Origin: Candidatus Pacearchaeota archaeon
GTDB lineage: Archaea > Nanobdellota > Nanobdellia > Pacearchaeales > GW2011-AR1
Direction: 5' to 3'
Assembly (NCBI GenBank): GCA_038874355.1
Contig: JAVZCO010000001.1
Span: forward strand, 322,074-386,073
Length of the DNA stretch: 64,000 nt
Shown here: in pieces, positions 39,702 to 48,150 of the stretch
Layout of the letters: each line of letters opens with the position of its first letter
Numbering within the stretch: position 1 is the first letter of the stretch
The notes under the pieces: model-generated
Databases searched by the model: none
What the model saw: the letters and a program-made list of their open reading frames with translations, nothing else
Told to the model about the DNA's origin: nothing
Translations under genes and position numbers: made by a program

Positions 39702-40973
39702 TTATTTCAATTCGTCACTAGCCCATCTTCTTAAAGCTTCTCTTAATTCATAATGATTTTTAGAATAATTTGCTAAACTTATTTTCTTCATACACGCGTC
39801 TACAGCTTGTCTCATTGCTTTTGCTCCTGCAATACTACCATAAGGATGGCCATGAATTCCTCCACCAGCTTGTATTAAAATATTATCCCCCAAATGTTTG
39901 ATTAAAAACGGAACGTGTCCAGGATGCAAACCGCCAGAACAAACTGCTAACATTGGCTTTATTTTATACCAATTTTGTTGTAATCTTGTTTTTGTCTCTT
40001 TAACATAATTTTCTTCTATTTCTTCTTCTATCTCATGAACTTCTTTAATACTGGTTTCCATTTTTCCTATACCAGTTCCTATATGTAAAGAATCTAATCC
40101 TATTAATCTAGCAATATCAGCTAAAACCATCATACTTACACCATGTTTTTCATTTCTTGTTAAAGCAGCGTGCATTGCTCTATGTCCGTGAATAACTAAT
40201 TTTAAATTTCTATTTTCTTTTGATAAAGTTTGCAAGGCAGAAAAACCAACAGTTAACATATCAACCATGATGAATTTAGCATTTTGTTTCTTTACTAATT
40301 CTGCTCTTCTTATCATCTCTTCTGTTTCTGCTGTTACATTAATCAAATAAGCTTTTTTTTCTCCTGTTTCTTTTTCTGCTTTATCTTTCATTTCTAATGT
40401 TTTTAATAATCTTTTTTCAAATTTGTTAAAATCCTGACTTGAAAGATTTTCATCATCTTTAACAAAATCACATCCTCCTAACCATGATTCATAAGCAGAT
40501 TTTGCATGTTCTTCTGTTTTTAATCCTAATTTTGGCTTAACAATTGTTCCAACTAATGGTCTTTTTTTTATTCTTAATATTTTTCTTATACCCTTTAATC
40601 CATATAAAGGACCATAAAAACTTTTAATTATAGATTTAGGAAATTGAATATCTTCTAATCTCAAAGCTTTTACATCTTTCATACCAAAAATATTTCCTGC
40701 AACACTGCTTAATATATTAGCCATATTTCCTTTTTCAAATAATTCAGAAGGATATGCTATCTTAACATATTCTCCTTTTATAGAAAACACTTTTGCTCTC
40801 AAATCTTTAACATAGTTAAATTTTGGTATTTCTGTCCAAGTTCCAACAGAAGATTCTGCTGCAACTCTTTCTGCAGCTTCTTTAATTGTTAAATTATTGG
40901 CCGGTTCTATTCTAAATAAACAAACAATATCGTCCTTTGGTGTGTATTTTAGATTTAAATATTCATCATACAT
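39702..40973 (-). CDS. rbcL: ribulose-1,5-bisphosphate carboxylase large subunit, form III (archaeal type)
   Basis: Carbamylated-lysine region KPKLGL, GGCDFVKDDENL (compare GGLDFTKDDEN), HGHRAMH, C-terminal GGGIHGHP. 423 aa with no small subunit. Confidence 0.85.
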   Translation of the reverse strand: MYDEYLNLKYTPKDDIVCLFRIEPANNLTIKEAAERVAAESSVGTWTEIPKFNYVKDLRAKVFSIKGEYVKIAYPSELFEKGNMANILSSVAGNIFGMKDVKALRLEDIQFPKSIIKSFYGPLYGLKGIRKILRIKKRPLVGTIVKPKLGLKTEEHAKSAYESWLGGCDFVKDDENLSSQDFNKFEKRLLKTLEMKDKAEKETGEKKAYLINVTAETEEMIRRAELVKKQNAKFIMVDMLTVGFSALQTLSKENRNLKLVIHGHRAMHAALTRNEKHGVSMMVLADIARLIGLDSLHIGTGIGKMETSIKEVHEIEEEIEENYVKETKTRLQQNWYKIKPMLAVCSGGLHPGHVPFLIKHLGDNILIQAGGGIHGHPYGSIAGAKAMRQAVDACMKKISLANYSKNHYELREALRRWASDELK

Positions 40974-41003
40974 CTTTTACCTCTTTTTTATTTATCTTAA
41001 AAA

Positions 41004-41327
41004 TTAAGATATTATTCCTACTTTTCTTTCTTTTAAAATTTCTTTAAAATAATTATTAATAAAAATCTCTTTTCCACAATTTTCTTCTTTAAAGTATTTA
41101 TTGTCTATTAATCCTGTAATATCATATACATCTTTTCCATTTATTACAAAACAGTCTCCGGCATTATCATGTTTTTTTATTTCGTCTTTATTATATACTT
41201 TTTCTTGTTTAATTACAATATTTCCAGTTAAATTAATTCTTAAAGAGATAAAAAAAATTAAAGTTAGCAAGATAATAAATGATAATAATAAATATAACTT
41301 CTTAGTTCTTTCTTTTTTTATTATCAT
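41004..41327 (-). CDS. membrane-anchored cytochrome b5-like domain protein (putative)
   Basis: N-terminal TM, then KKHDNAGDCFVINGKDVYDITGLI resembling the cyt-b5 HNxxxDCWxxIxGKVYDVT block. The HPGG motif is not evident. Confidence 0.35.
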   Translation of the reverse strand: MIIKKERTKKLYLLLSFIILLTLIFFISLRINLTGNIVIKQEKVYNKDEIKKHDNAGDCFVINGKDVYDITGLIDNKYFKEENCGKEIFINNYFKEILKERKVGIIS

Positions 41328-41358
41328 TGTTTGTATAAAACAATTTTAATTTATAAAT

Positions 41359-41571
41359 TTATTTATTAGAAAAATTTTTCATAATTTCATAAAACATAGA
41401 ATAAAAACAGGAAGAAAAATAAATAGAATTGAGAAAAATATAAGCTTGAAATTTTTTTTCCCTTATTATCTCTTCTGGTGCTTTTTCTACTTTTTTCATT
41501 AAATTATACCAACCACAAATTGGGATCCAATCTTTCCAATCATATAATTTATTTTCTAATTCTTTTTTCAT
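41359..41571 (-). CDS. hypothetical small protein
   Basis: 70-aa ORF. Confidence 0.2.
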   Translation of the reverse strand: MKKELENKLYDWKDWIPICGWYNLMKKVEKAPEEIIREKKFQAYIFLNSIYFSSCFYSMFYEIMKNFSNK

Positions 41572-41607
41572 TTTCTTTTTTTAAGAATTTTTAACTTATA
41601 AATTTTT

Positions 41608-42990
41608 TTAACTTATTTTCCTTATCTTTGTCCCTTCTTTTGTATCATCTATAATATATCCTTTTTCTCTTATTTTTTCTCTAATTTTGTCTGCTAATTC
41701 AAAATTTTTTTCTTTTCTTGCTTTTTCTCTCTCTTCTATCATTTTTTTTATATCTTCTGAAACATCTATTCTTTCTTTTTCTAATAAATTCAATCCTAAT
41801 ACTTTATCTATCTCTTGAATTGTTCTATACTTTCCATTTGCTTTTTTATCTCTAACTAAATTCCATAAAACCTGTAATGCTTTTGGAGTGTTTAAATCAT
41901 CATTTATTGCTTTTATAAATTGATTTAGATACTTCTTATTTATTTTTCCGTCGTCTTTTACTTCTGAAATAATGTTTTTTAATCTTTTATAAGAGTTTTT
42001 TTCATTTTTTAATATCTCTATAGAAAAGTCTAAAGGTTTTCTATAATGTCCTCTTAATATAAAATACCTATAAATCATAGGCTCAAAACCCATTTCTTCT
42101 AATTCTTTTAATGTGTATAAGCCGCCAGTACTTTTGCTTATCTTTTTTCCTTTGAATGTTAAAAAATTTTCATGAAGCCAATAATTCACAAATTTTTTTC
42201 CTGTTGCTGCTTCACTTTGTGCTATTTCGTTTGTATGATGAACCGGTATATGATCTATACCACCAGTATGAATATCTATTGTTTCTCCTAAATATTTCAT
42301 ACTCATAGCTGAACATTCTATGTGCCAACCTGGAAAGCCTTTACCAAAAGGGCTTTCCCATTCTTGTTGTCTTTTTTTATCTTTAGGAGAAAATTTCCAT
42401 AATGCAAAGTCGGTTTTATTTCTTTTTTCCCCCATATTTATTCTTTTTCCTGCTTGCAAACCTTTTATTTTTAATCTTGCTAATTTTTCATAATCTTTAA
42501 ATTTAGAAGTATCAAAATATATTCCATCAGATGTCTTGTAAGTGTATCCCCTTTCCTCTAATTTTTTTATTAATTCAATCATATCAGAAATATGTTCTGT
42601 TGCTTTACACCATACTTTTGGTTCTTTTATGTTAAGTTTTTTTAAATCTTCTTTAAAAATAGAAAAATAATATTCTGCTATTTCTTTTGCTGTTTTTTTT
42701 TCTTTTTCTGCTGCTTTTTCTATTTTATCTTCTCCTTCATCAGCATCACTTGTTAAATGTCCAACATCAGTAACATTTATTACCTGTTTTACATTATATC
42801 CATTATATTCTAATGTTCTTCTCAATATATCAGCAAAAATATATGCTTTTAAATTTCCTATATGCTGATAAGAATAAACTGTTGGCCCGCAGTTATACAT
42901 AGTTACTTCTTTCTCATTTATTGGCTTAAAGATTTCTTTTTTTCTTGATAAAGTATTGTAAAATTTTATTTTTTCTCTTGTTTTTTTCAT
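41608..42990 (-). CDS. cysS: cysteinyl-tRNA synthetase
   Basis: [16 protein letters not shown] (HIGH region), zinc ligand Cys, KISKS (KMSKS-type). Confidence 0.85.
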   Translation of the reverse strand: MKKTREKIKFYNTLSRKKEIFKPINEKEVTMYNCGPTVYSYQHIGNLKAYIFADILRRTLEYNGYNVKQVINVTDVGHLTSDADEGEDKIEKAAEKEKKTAKEIAEYYFSIFKEDLKKLNIKEPKVWCKATEHISDMIELIKKLEERGYTYKTSDGIYFDTSKFKDYEKLARLKIKGLQAGKRINMGEKRNKTDFALWKFSPKDKKRQQEWESPFGKGFPGWHIECSAMSMKYLGETIDIHTGGIDHIPVHHTNEIAQSEAATGKKFVNYWLHENFLTFKGKKISKSTGGLYTLKELEEMGFEPMIYRYFILRGHYRKPLDFSIEILKNEKNSYKRLKNIISEVKDDGKINKKYLNQFIKAINDDLNTPKALQVLWNLVRDKKANGKYRTIQEIDKVLGLNLLEKERIDVSEDIKKMIEEREKARKEKNFELADKIREKIREKGYIIDDTKEGTKIRKIS

Positions 42991-43161
42991 ATTTCAATAA
43001 AAAAATAAGAATATAAAAATCTTTTTGAAATATTTAAATTAAAAAATTGATTTATTTATTTTTTATAAAATCAAAAAAAATTTATTAATCAATTGTTTTA
43101 TATGGATTTTAATCTATTTATTTTAAGTTTTTTTATATACAAAATAAATTTTTTATTTTCC

Positions 43162-43716
43162 CTATTTTATCTCTAAGTCAAAAAAAGTAGAAGCATACGG
43201 TTGACCGTTTTTATACAATTCTATTCTATATCTTATCATACAAATAGGACTTTCTTTTTCTGTAACTATTCTTATTAAACCATAGCTATAATCTCCAGGC
43301 CTAATTGTAAACTCATCTGTTTTTCCTTTTAATATCAACTCCATAGCTTCTTTTTCTGTTATCCCACATTGCTTTTTTAATTCACTAGAATCTTCTCCTA
43401 ATTTTACTTCATATTTAAACTTGCTTGCTTGATTACCACTATCTAAATTTTTTATTCCTATAGCAACACCAAATTCATTTCCTCTTTTTACTGTTGCTTT
43501 ATTATTTGCTAAATAAGTAATAATAGGATTTGAATCATCTTCAGAAAACATTTTGTTTATTTGTTCTTTTACTTTATCATTTATAGTATCTACATTATAT
43601 CTTGCTCCAGAAAAGATCGTTTTTATTAAAACTAATCCCATAATTAACATAGTCATAGCCAAAACTATTATAACAATAGTTCCTATACTTAATTCAATAG
43701 CAGCTCTTTTTTTCAT
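43162..43716 (-). CDS. secreted/pilin-like protein with N-terminal anchor
   Basis: MKKRAAIELSIGTIVIIVLAMTMLIMG, then a soluble domain. Confidence 0.35.
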   Translation of the reverse strand: MKKRAAIELSIGTIVIIVLAMTMLIMGLVLIKTIFSGARYNVDTINDKVKEQINKMFSEDDSNPIITYLANNKATVKRGNEFGVAIGIKNLDSGNQASKFKYEVKLGEDSSELKKQCGITEKEAMELILKGKTDEFTIRPGDYSYGLIRIVTEKESPICMIRYRIELYKNGQPYASTFFDLEIK

Positions 43717-43934
43717 TTTTTTAAATTTTTTATAGGTTTAATTACAAAAATCAAAGATAAAATAAACCATATCCATCTTAATTTTATTATATTATTTATA
43801 GCATTTATATTTAATAAGCTTACAATAAATAAGGTAAAGAAAAAAACACTAACTTTAATTAAAAAAAGATTAAAACAACTAATATCTTTTATTTCTAAAC
43901 AGCACTCTTTTTTATTCCCTCTTTTTTTTACCAT
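43713..43934 (-). CDS. small membrane protein
   Basis: 73 aa with two hydrophobic segments. 4-nt overlap with the downstream gene. Confidence 0.25.
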   Translation of the reverse strand: MVKKRGNKKECCLEIKDISCFNLFLIKVSVFFFTLFIVSLLNINAINNIIKLRWIWFILSLIFVIKPIKNLKK

Positions 43935-44117
43935 TTTTTCTTAAAAAAGAAATTTTTAAAGTTTATAAATATTTCTTTAATAAAAAAATTTTAAGTTTTT
44001 GTTTATTTTTTTGTAAGCTTTTTTTATTTTTTATATTTTATTATTTTTCGTAACTTTTTATTATTAAAATTCTATAAAAATTATTATTTATTCTCTCCAT
44101 TCTTCAATTTTTTAATT

Positions 44118-44528
44118 TCAATCTCCTATAATTTTTATTAAAACTTTTTTATTTCTTTGCCCGTCAAACTCTCCATAAAATATTTGTTCCCAAGGACCTA
44201 AATCTAATCTACCGTTAGTTATTGCAATAACAACCTCTCTTCCCATAATTGTTCTTTTTAAATGCGCGTCTGCATTTGTTTCTCCAGTTTTATGGTGTTC
44301 GTAATTTCCTTCTGGAGCCAGTTTTTCTAACCAATTCATAAAATCCTTTTTTAATCCACATTCTTCATCATTAATAAAAACACTTGAGGTTATATGCATA
44401 CTATTAACCAAACATAAACCATCCTCAATATCAGATTCTCTAACAGCTTTTTCGACTTCTTCAGTTATATTAACAAAATCTTTCTTTTTTTCTGTTCTTA
44501 TTGTTAAATATTTTACATAACTCTTCAT
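44118..44528 (-). CDS. YjbQ/UPF0047 family protein (secondary thiamine-phosphate synthase family)
   Basis: [47 protein letters not shown] matches the YjbQ core. Confidence 0.7.
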   Translation of the reverse strand: MKSYVKYLTIRTEKKKDFVNITEEVEKAVRESDIEDGLCLVNSMHITSSVFINDEECGLKKDFMNWLEKLAPEGNYEHHKTGETNADAHLKRTIMGREVVIAITNGRLDLGPWEQIFYGEFDGQRNKKVLIKIIGD

Positions 44529-44717
44529 TTTATATCATTAATCTTTATAATATCAATTTTTCTTTTTCATTTAATATAAACTTCATTCATCTTATTCTCT
44601 ATATAAATATTTCTTTTTTATTTTTAAAATAGTAATAGACTCTTAATGTATCTAGCTAATATTTTATCTTGTTTTAAAAAATGTATTTAGAAGTTTTTTA
44701 ATTAGAAAATTTTCAAG

Positions 44718-44798
44718 CGCCCGCAGCAGGAATCGAACCTGCGAGCCCCGAAGGGCGCGGATTAGCAATCCGCTGCAATACCACTATGCGATGCGGGC
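44718..44798 (-). tRNA. tRNA-Ser (anticodon GCU)
   Basis: Minus strand: acceptor GCCCGCA/TGCGGGC, anticodon arm GCGGA-TTGCTAA-TCCGC, long variable arm GCCCTTCGGGGCTC, T-arm GCAGG-TTCGATT-CCTGC. 81 nt. Confidence 0.8.
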
Positions 44799-44849
44799 AT
44801 AATTTTATATTAATTTTTTTTACTTTTAAATTTTATTATTAATTTAACT

Positions 44850-45086
44850 TTATTTTTGAAATTTTTTTATTACCTTTTTTACTCTTTCTAACATTTCTTT
44901 TCTTAATCCAATAAAACAGCCACCTTCTTTTCCAGCAGCATAAGTTGATTCTTTTGGTTTTATTATTTCATTTATTAGAGGATGTTCTATATCAATATGA
45001 GTTATTTTAGCATTGCTTTTTCCTTCTTCATGAATATAAACTTTAGCATTTTTTAATTCATATTTTCCTTCACTTTTACCTGTCAT
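44850..45086 (-). CDS. hypothetical protein
   Basis: 78-aa ORF between the two tRNA genes. Confidence 0.3.
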   Translation of the reverse strand: MTGKSEGKYELKNAKVYIHEEGKSNAKITHIDIEHPLINEIIKPKESTYAAGKEGGCFIGLRKEMLERVKKVIKKFQK

Positions 45087-45184
45087 TTTGAAATATAATT
45101 TTTTTATGATTATAAATTTATTTGTTAAATAAAGAAAAGATTTAAAAGTATAGAATAATATATTTTCATATAAATTCTTTTTAT

Positions 45185-45260
45185 AGCGGGGTGGAGCAGC
45201 CTGGTTAGCTCGTGGGGCTCATAACCCCAAGGTCGCGTGGTTCAAATCCCGCCCCCGCTA
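45185..45260 (+). tRNA. initiator tRNA-Met (anticodon CAU)
   Basis: A1:U72 pair (AGCGGGG...CCCCGCU), anticodon arm TGGGG-CTCATAA-CCCCA with three G-C pairs, T-loop TTCAAAT. The T-stem seems to need a 1-nt bulge. Confidence 0.75.
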
Positions 45261-45366
45261 TTATTTTTAATTTTTATGAAAAGTTAAAAAATATGTTAAT
45301 ATTTGTTTATTCCTTTGTAGTAGTAAAAAAAGAAAGTTTTATAAACCCTAATTTCTTATTAAATAT

Positions 45367-46227
45367 ATGGTAAATAAAATGATTCAAAAATTTGACGCCA
45401 AAGAATTGTATTCCTTTCAAATAGAATCATGGGAAATGGCTTTACATAAATATAGTAAAGAGAATAATTTAGATTTTAAAAAAAATGCTTTCTATTTATT
45501 AAAATCTGAAAATTCTATTTCAAAACCAGAAGATATAGGTTTAATTCTTGTAAGAATCGCGCTATCAGATTTAGAAGGTAAATTATCAAAAGAAAAAAAA
45601 TATGTTATTTTACAAACATATTATGATGAAGGGGACTTAAGTACAATTGATATTGTTAGATTGCCTTTTGATATGCATAGAAAAATTGTAGAAGAATATT
45701 TAGAAGAGATTTTAACTAAGGAAATTAGTAGACAATTTATACCTTTACATGAAGGTCTTTCAAGATTCTTAACAGCAGGAGGGTTTATAGAAAAAAATGT
45801 AGATAAAATAAAATTTTATGGTTCAAGTGTAGATTTTTCAAATAGATTTTCTACATATGATACTAATGATATCGCATCTTATCTTACAAGAGAGTCTGGA
45901 TTATTTGATATTGTTGAACCACCTAATCAACAATATTCTAACAAAGGAAAAGAATATATAGAAAGATGCCTCGATATTATGCGACAACATAAGTTAAAAC
46001 CAGAATTTTATTCTCAAATTATTGATTTATATATCTTAGAAAATATTAGAAATGATGAAATTGTTCGTCCTCACTTGTTTTATTCTTTAAATCTAATGAA
46101 ATCTATTGATAAAGCTATTAAAGAAGGAAAAGATATTAATCAAGTTCTAGCAGAAGAAACTGCCGAAGGGATTGGTAGAGAAATGATGATTAAGGGAATA
46201 GAAGAAAAATTAAAGAAAAAAAATTAA
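45367..46227 (+). CDS. hypothetical protein
   Basis: 286-aa soluble ORF with no recognised motif. Confidence 0.35.
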   Translation: MVNKMIQKFDAKELYSFQIESWEMALHKYSKENNLDFKKNAFYLLKSENSISKPEDIGLILVRIALSDLEGKLSKEKKYVILQTYYDEGDLSTIDIVRLPFDMHRKIVEEYLEEILTKEISRQFIPLHEGLSRFLTAGGFIEKNVDKIKFYGSSVDFSNRFSTYDTNDIASYLTRESGLFDIVEPPNQQYSNKGKEYIERCLDIMRQHKLKPEFYSQIIDLYILENIRNDEIVRPHLFYSLNLMKSIDKAIKEGKDINQVLAEETAEGIGREMMIKGIEEKLKKKN

Positions 46228-46492
46228 AAGTGTCAATTTAATTCATAAATAAATTAAAATTAGTAAATACATAAATATATTAATAACTTCAAATTTTTTT
46301 GAAAAAATAGAAAAGAAGGAAAAGTATTCTTATTAATAAATATTTTTCAATTATAAAATAAATTAGAAACGATAAAGATATAAGAATACTTGAATTGAAA
46401 AGTGATTAATTAATAAATATAAAAATTATTTTTATATATTTTTTCTTTCTACCTCTCTATAATAATCACAAAATGTTTATAAGATAATAATT

Positions 46493-46837
46493 GTGAATAA
46501 TAAAAAAATGAAAGAGAAAAACTTAAATAAAAAAATAAAAGAAACAAGAATAGAAGCAAGCAAAAGTTTAAGAAAATGGCAAAAGCTTCTATCTAAAGAG
46601 AGAAAACTTCTGGAAATAAAATTCAAAAAAATATTAAAATCGGATTTGAAAAAAGAAGAAAAAGATATTCTTAATTTAATAAAAAAATTAGAAGATAAGT
46701 ATGGATATCTTGTTCCTGTTAAAGAGATTTACAAAACATCAAAACTTAGCAAAAAAGAAGTTGACGATATGATTGATAAATTAAAATACATGAGAATAAT
46801 ATATTTCCCAATAAAAGAATTCGTGGCGAGAAATTAA
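46493..46837 (+). CDS. hypothetical protein, possible winged-helix domain
   Basis: K/E-rich N-terminus, then the wH-like segment ILNLIKKLEDKYGYLVPVKEIYKTSKLSKKEVDDMIDKL. Confidence 0.3.
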   Translation: MNNKKMKEKNLNKKIKETRIEASKSLRKWQKLLSKERKLLEIKFKKILKSDLKKEEKDILNLIKKLEDKYGYLVPVKEIYKTSKLSKKEVDDMIDKLKYMRIIYFPIKEFVARN

Positions 46838-46940
46838 GAACTCAACAAACAATTATTTCTTAATTCCAATATAATATTTACACTATTTAGGCTTTTATCT
46901 TCACCAAAACATTTAAATATAGTAATTACTTAGTAGTTAC

Positions 46941-47432
46941 ATGAGTGAAGAAATTAAGTATTCTGAACCGGAAGTGAGAGAAAAAAGTTCTGGATATTTT
47001 ATAGGATTTGTTATATCTGTTTTTGTAGCTTGTTTATTCATATTTCTAGCAATAATTACTCTTTATCTTTTTGATTTTACTGATGCTCAAAAAATGTTAT
47101 TTGTTGGAATATTGATTTTAATTTATCTTATTATTTCTCCTTTATTAGTCAGGACAAAAAAGATAAGAGAAGTGAAAGTTTATGAAACAAGAATAATTGA
47201 AAAACCTGTTGAAAAGAAAGTTGTTGTTAGGAAAAATGTTTATATCAAAAAAACAAAAAAATTGAATATTCCTAAATTTGATTATGTTGGTTCAACTCAG
47301 ACAAAAATATTCCATAAAAGAAATTGTAAATTAGGAAAATTAATTAAGAATAAATATAAAGAGCATAGCAACACAGAATCATTTTTTAAGAAAAGAGGAT
47401 ATAGGAAATGCAAGATGTGTATGAAAAAATAA
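46941..47432 (+). CDS. membrane protein with C-terminal His/Cys cluster
   Basis: Two N-terminal TM helices. C-terminal IFHKRNC...YRKCKMC is a putative Zn-binding cluster. Confidence 0.35.
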   Translation: MSEEIKYSEPEVREKSSGYFIGFVISVFVACLFIFLAIITLYLFDFTDAQKMLFVGILILIYLIISPLLVRTKKIREVKVYETRIIEKPVEKKVVVRKNVYIKKTKKLNIPKFDYVGSTQTKIFHKRNCKLGKLIKNKYKEHSNTESFFKKRGYRKCKMCMKK

Positions 47433-47459
47433 TTAGCAATAATTTTTTCTTAAAAATTT

Positions 47460-48149
47460 TTAAAAATCATCCAATTTTTTCTGTTTTTTAATATTACATA
47501 AGTCCTTCCAGGTTTGCCAAGTTTCTCGAAATATTCCGTCTTTTTTGTACTTTTGAAAATGTTCTTGTAAAAATTTACAAGTTATAGGATCGCTTGGGTA
47601 ACCACTCCCAAAATCGATTCCTACATGTTTTTTTATTTTTTCAATTTCTTTATCTCTCGTAACCTTTGCAAGAATAGAAGCAGCCCCAACAACAACATGA
47701 TTCACATCTGCTTTCCACTCTGCCTTTATCTCTAAAATTTCTTTTTTTTCTATATATTTTTCTAAATATGCTTTCCATTGCTTTATATTATTAGAAGGAC
47801 AATCTATAATTACTCTTATTTTTTCTTTTCCATCATATCTTTTAACTCTGTCTACAATTTTATTTATTATTTCTGACATTTTTATTGCTTCTAATTTGTT
47901 GAGATTTATTCCCACACTATTTCTTCCGTCTATTTCAAATGGTTCTATTTTTATAATTTCATAATCAATAACATTTTTTTTTATTTTTTCATAAAGAAAC
48001 TCTCTTCTTTTAGAAGTTAGCATTTTACTATCTCTTATTCCAATTTCTTTCATTTTAGTTTCTTGCCCCCATTCTATTAAGACACCAGCTATTACCATAG
48101 GTCCAATAACAGGACCTCTTCCAGCATCGTCAATTCCTAAAATTAACAT
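47460..48149 (-). CDS. rnhB: ribonuclease HII
   Basis: N-terminal LGIDDAGRGPVIGPMV catalytic block. Confidence 0.85.
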   Translation of the reverse strand: MLILGIDDAGRGPVIGPMVIAGVLIEWGQETKMKEIGIRDSKMLTSKRREFLYEKIKKNVIDYEIIKIEPFEIDGRNSVGINLNKLEAIKMSEIINKIVDRVKRYDGKEKIRVIIDCPSNNIKQWKAYLEKYIEKKEILEIKAEWKADVNHVVVGAASILAKVTRDKEIEKIKKHVGIDFGSGYPSDPITCKFLQEHFQKYKKDGIFRETWQTWKDLCNIKKQKKLDDF

Positions 48150-48150
48150 T

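Noticed and set aside
45185-45260. tRNA-iMet T-stem appears to need a one-nucleotide bulge (GCG-U-GG pairing CCCGC), raising the possibility of a pseudo-tRNA
   Set aside because: The acceptor stem, anticodon arm with three G-C pairs, CAU anticodon and T-loop are otherwise canonical for archaeal initiator tRNA. The irregularity may be a real bulge or a minor sequence error.
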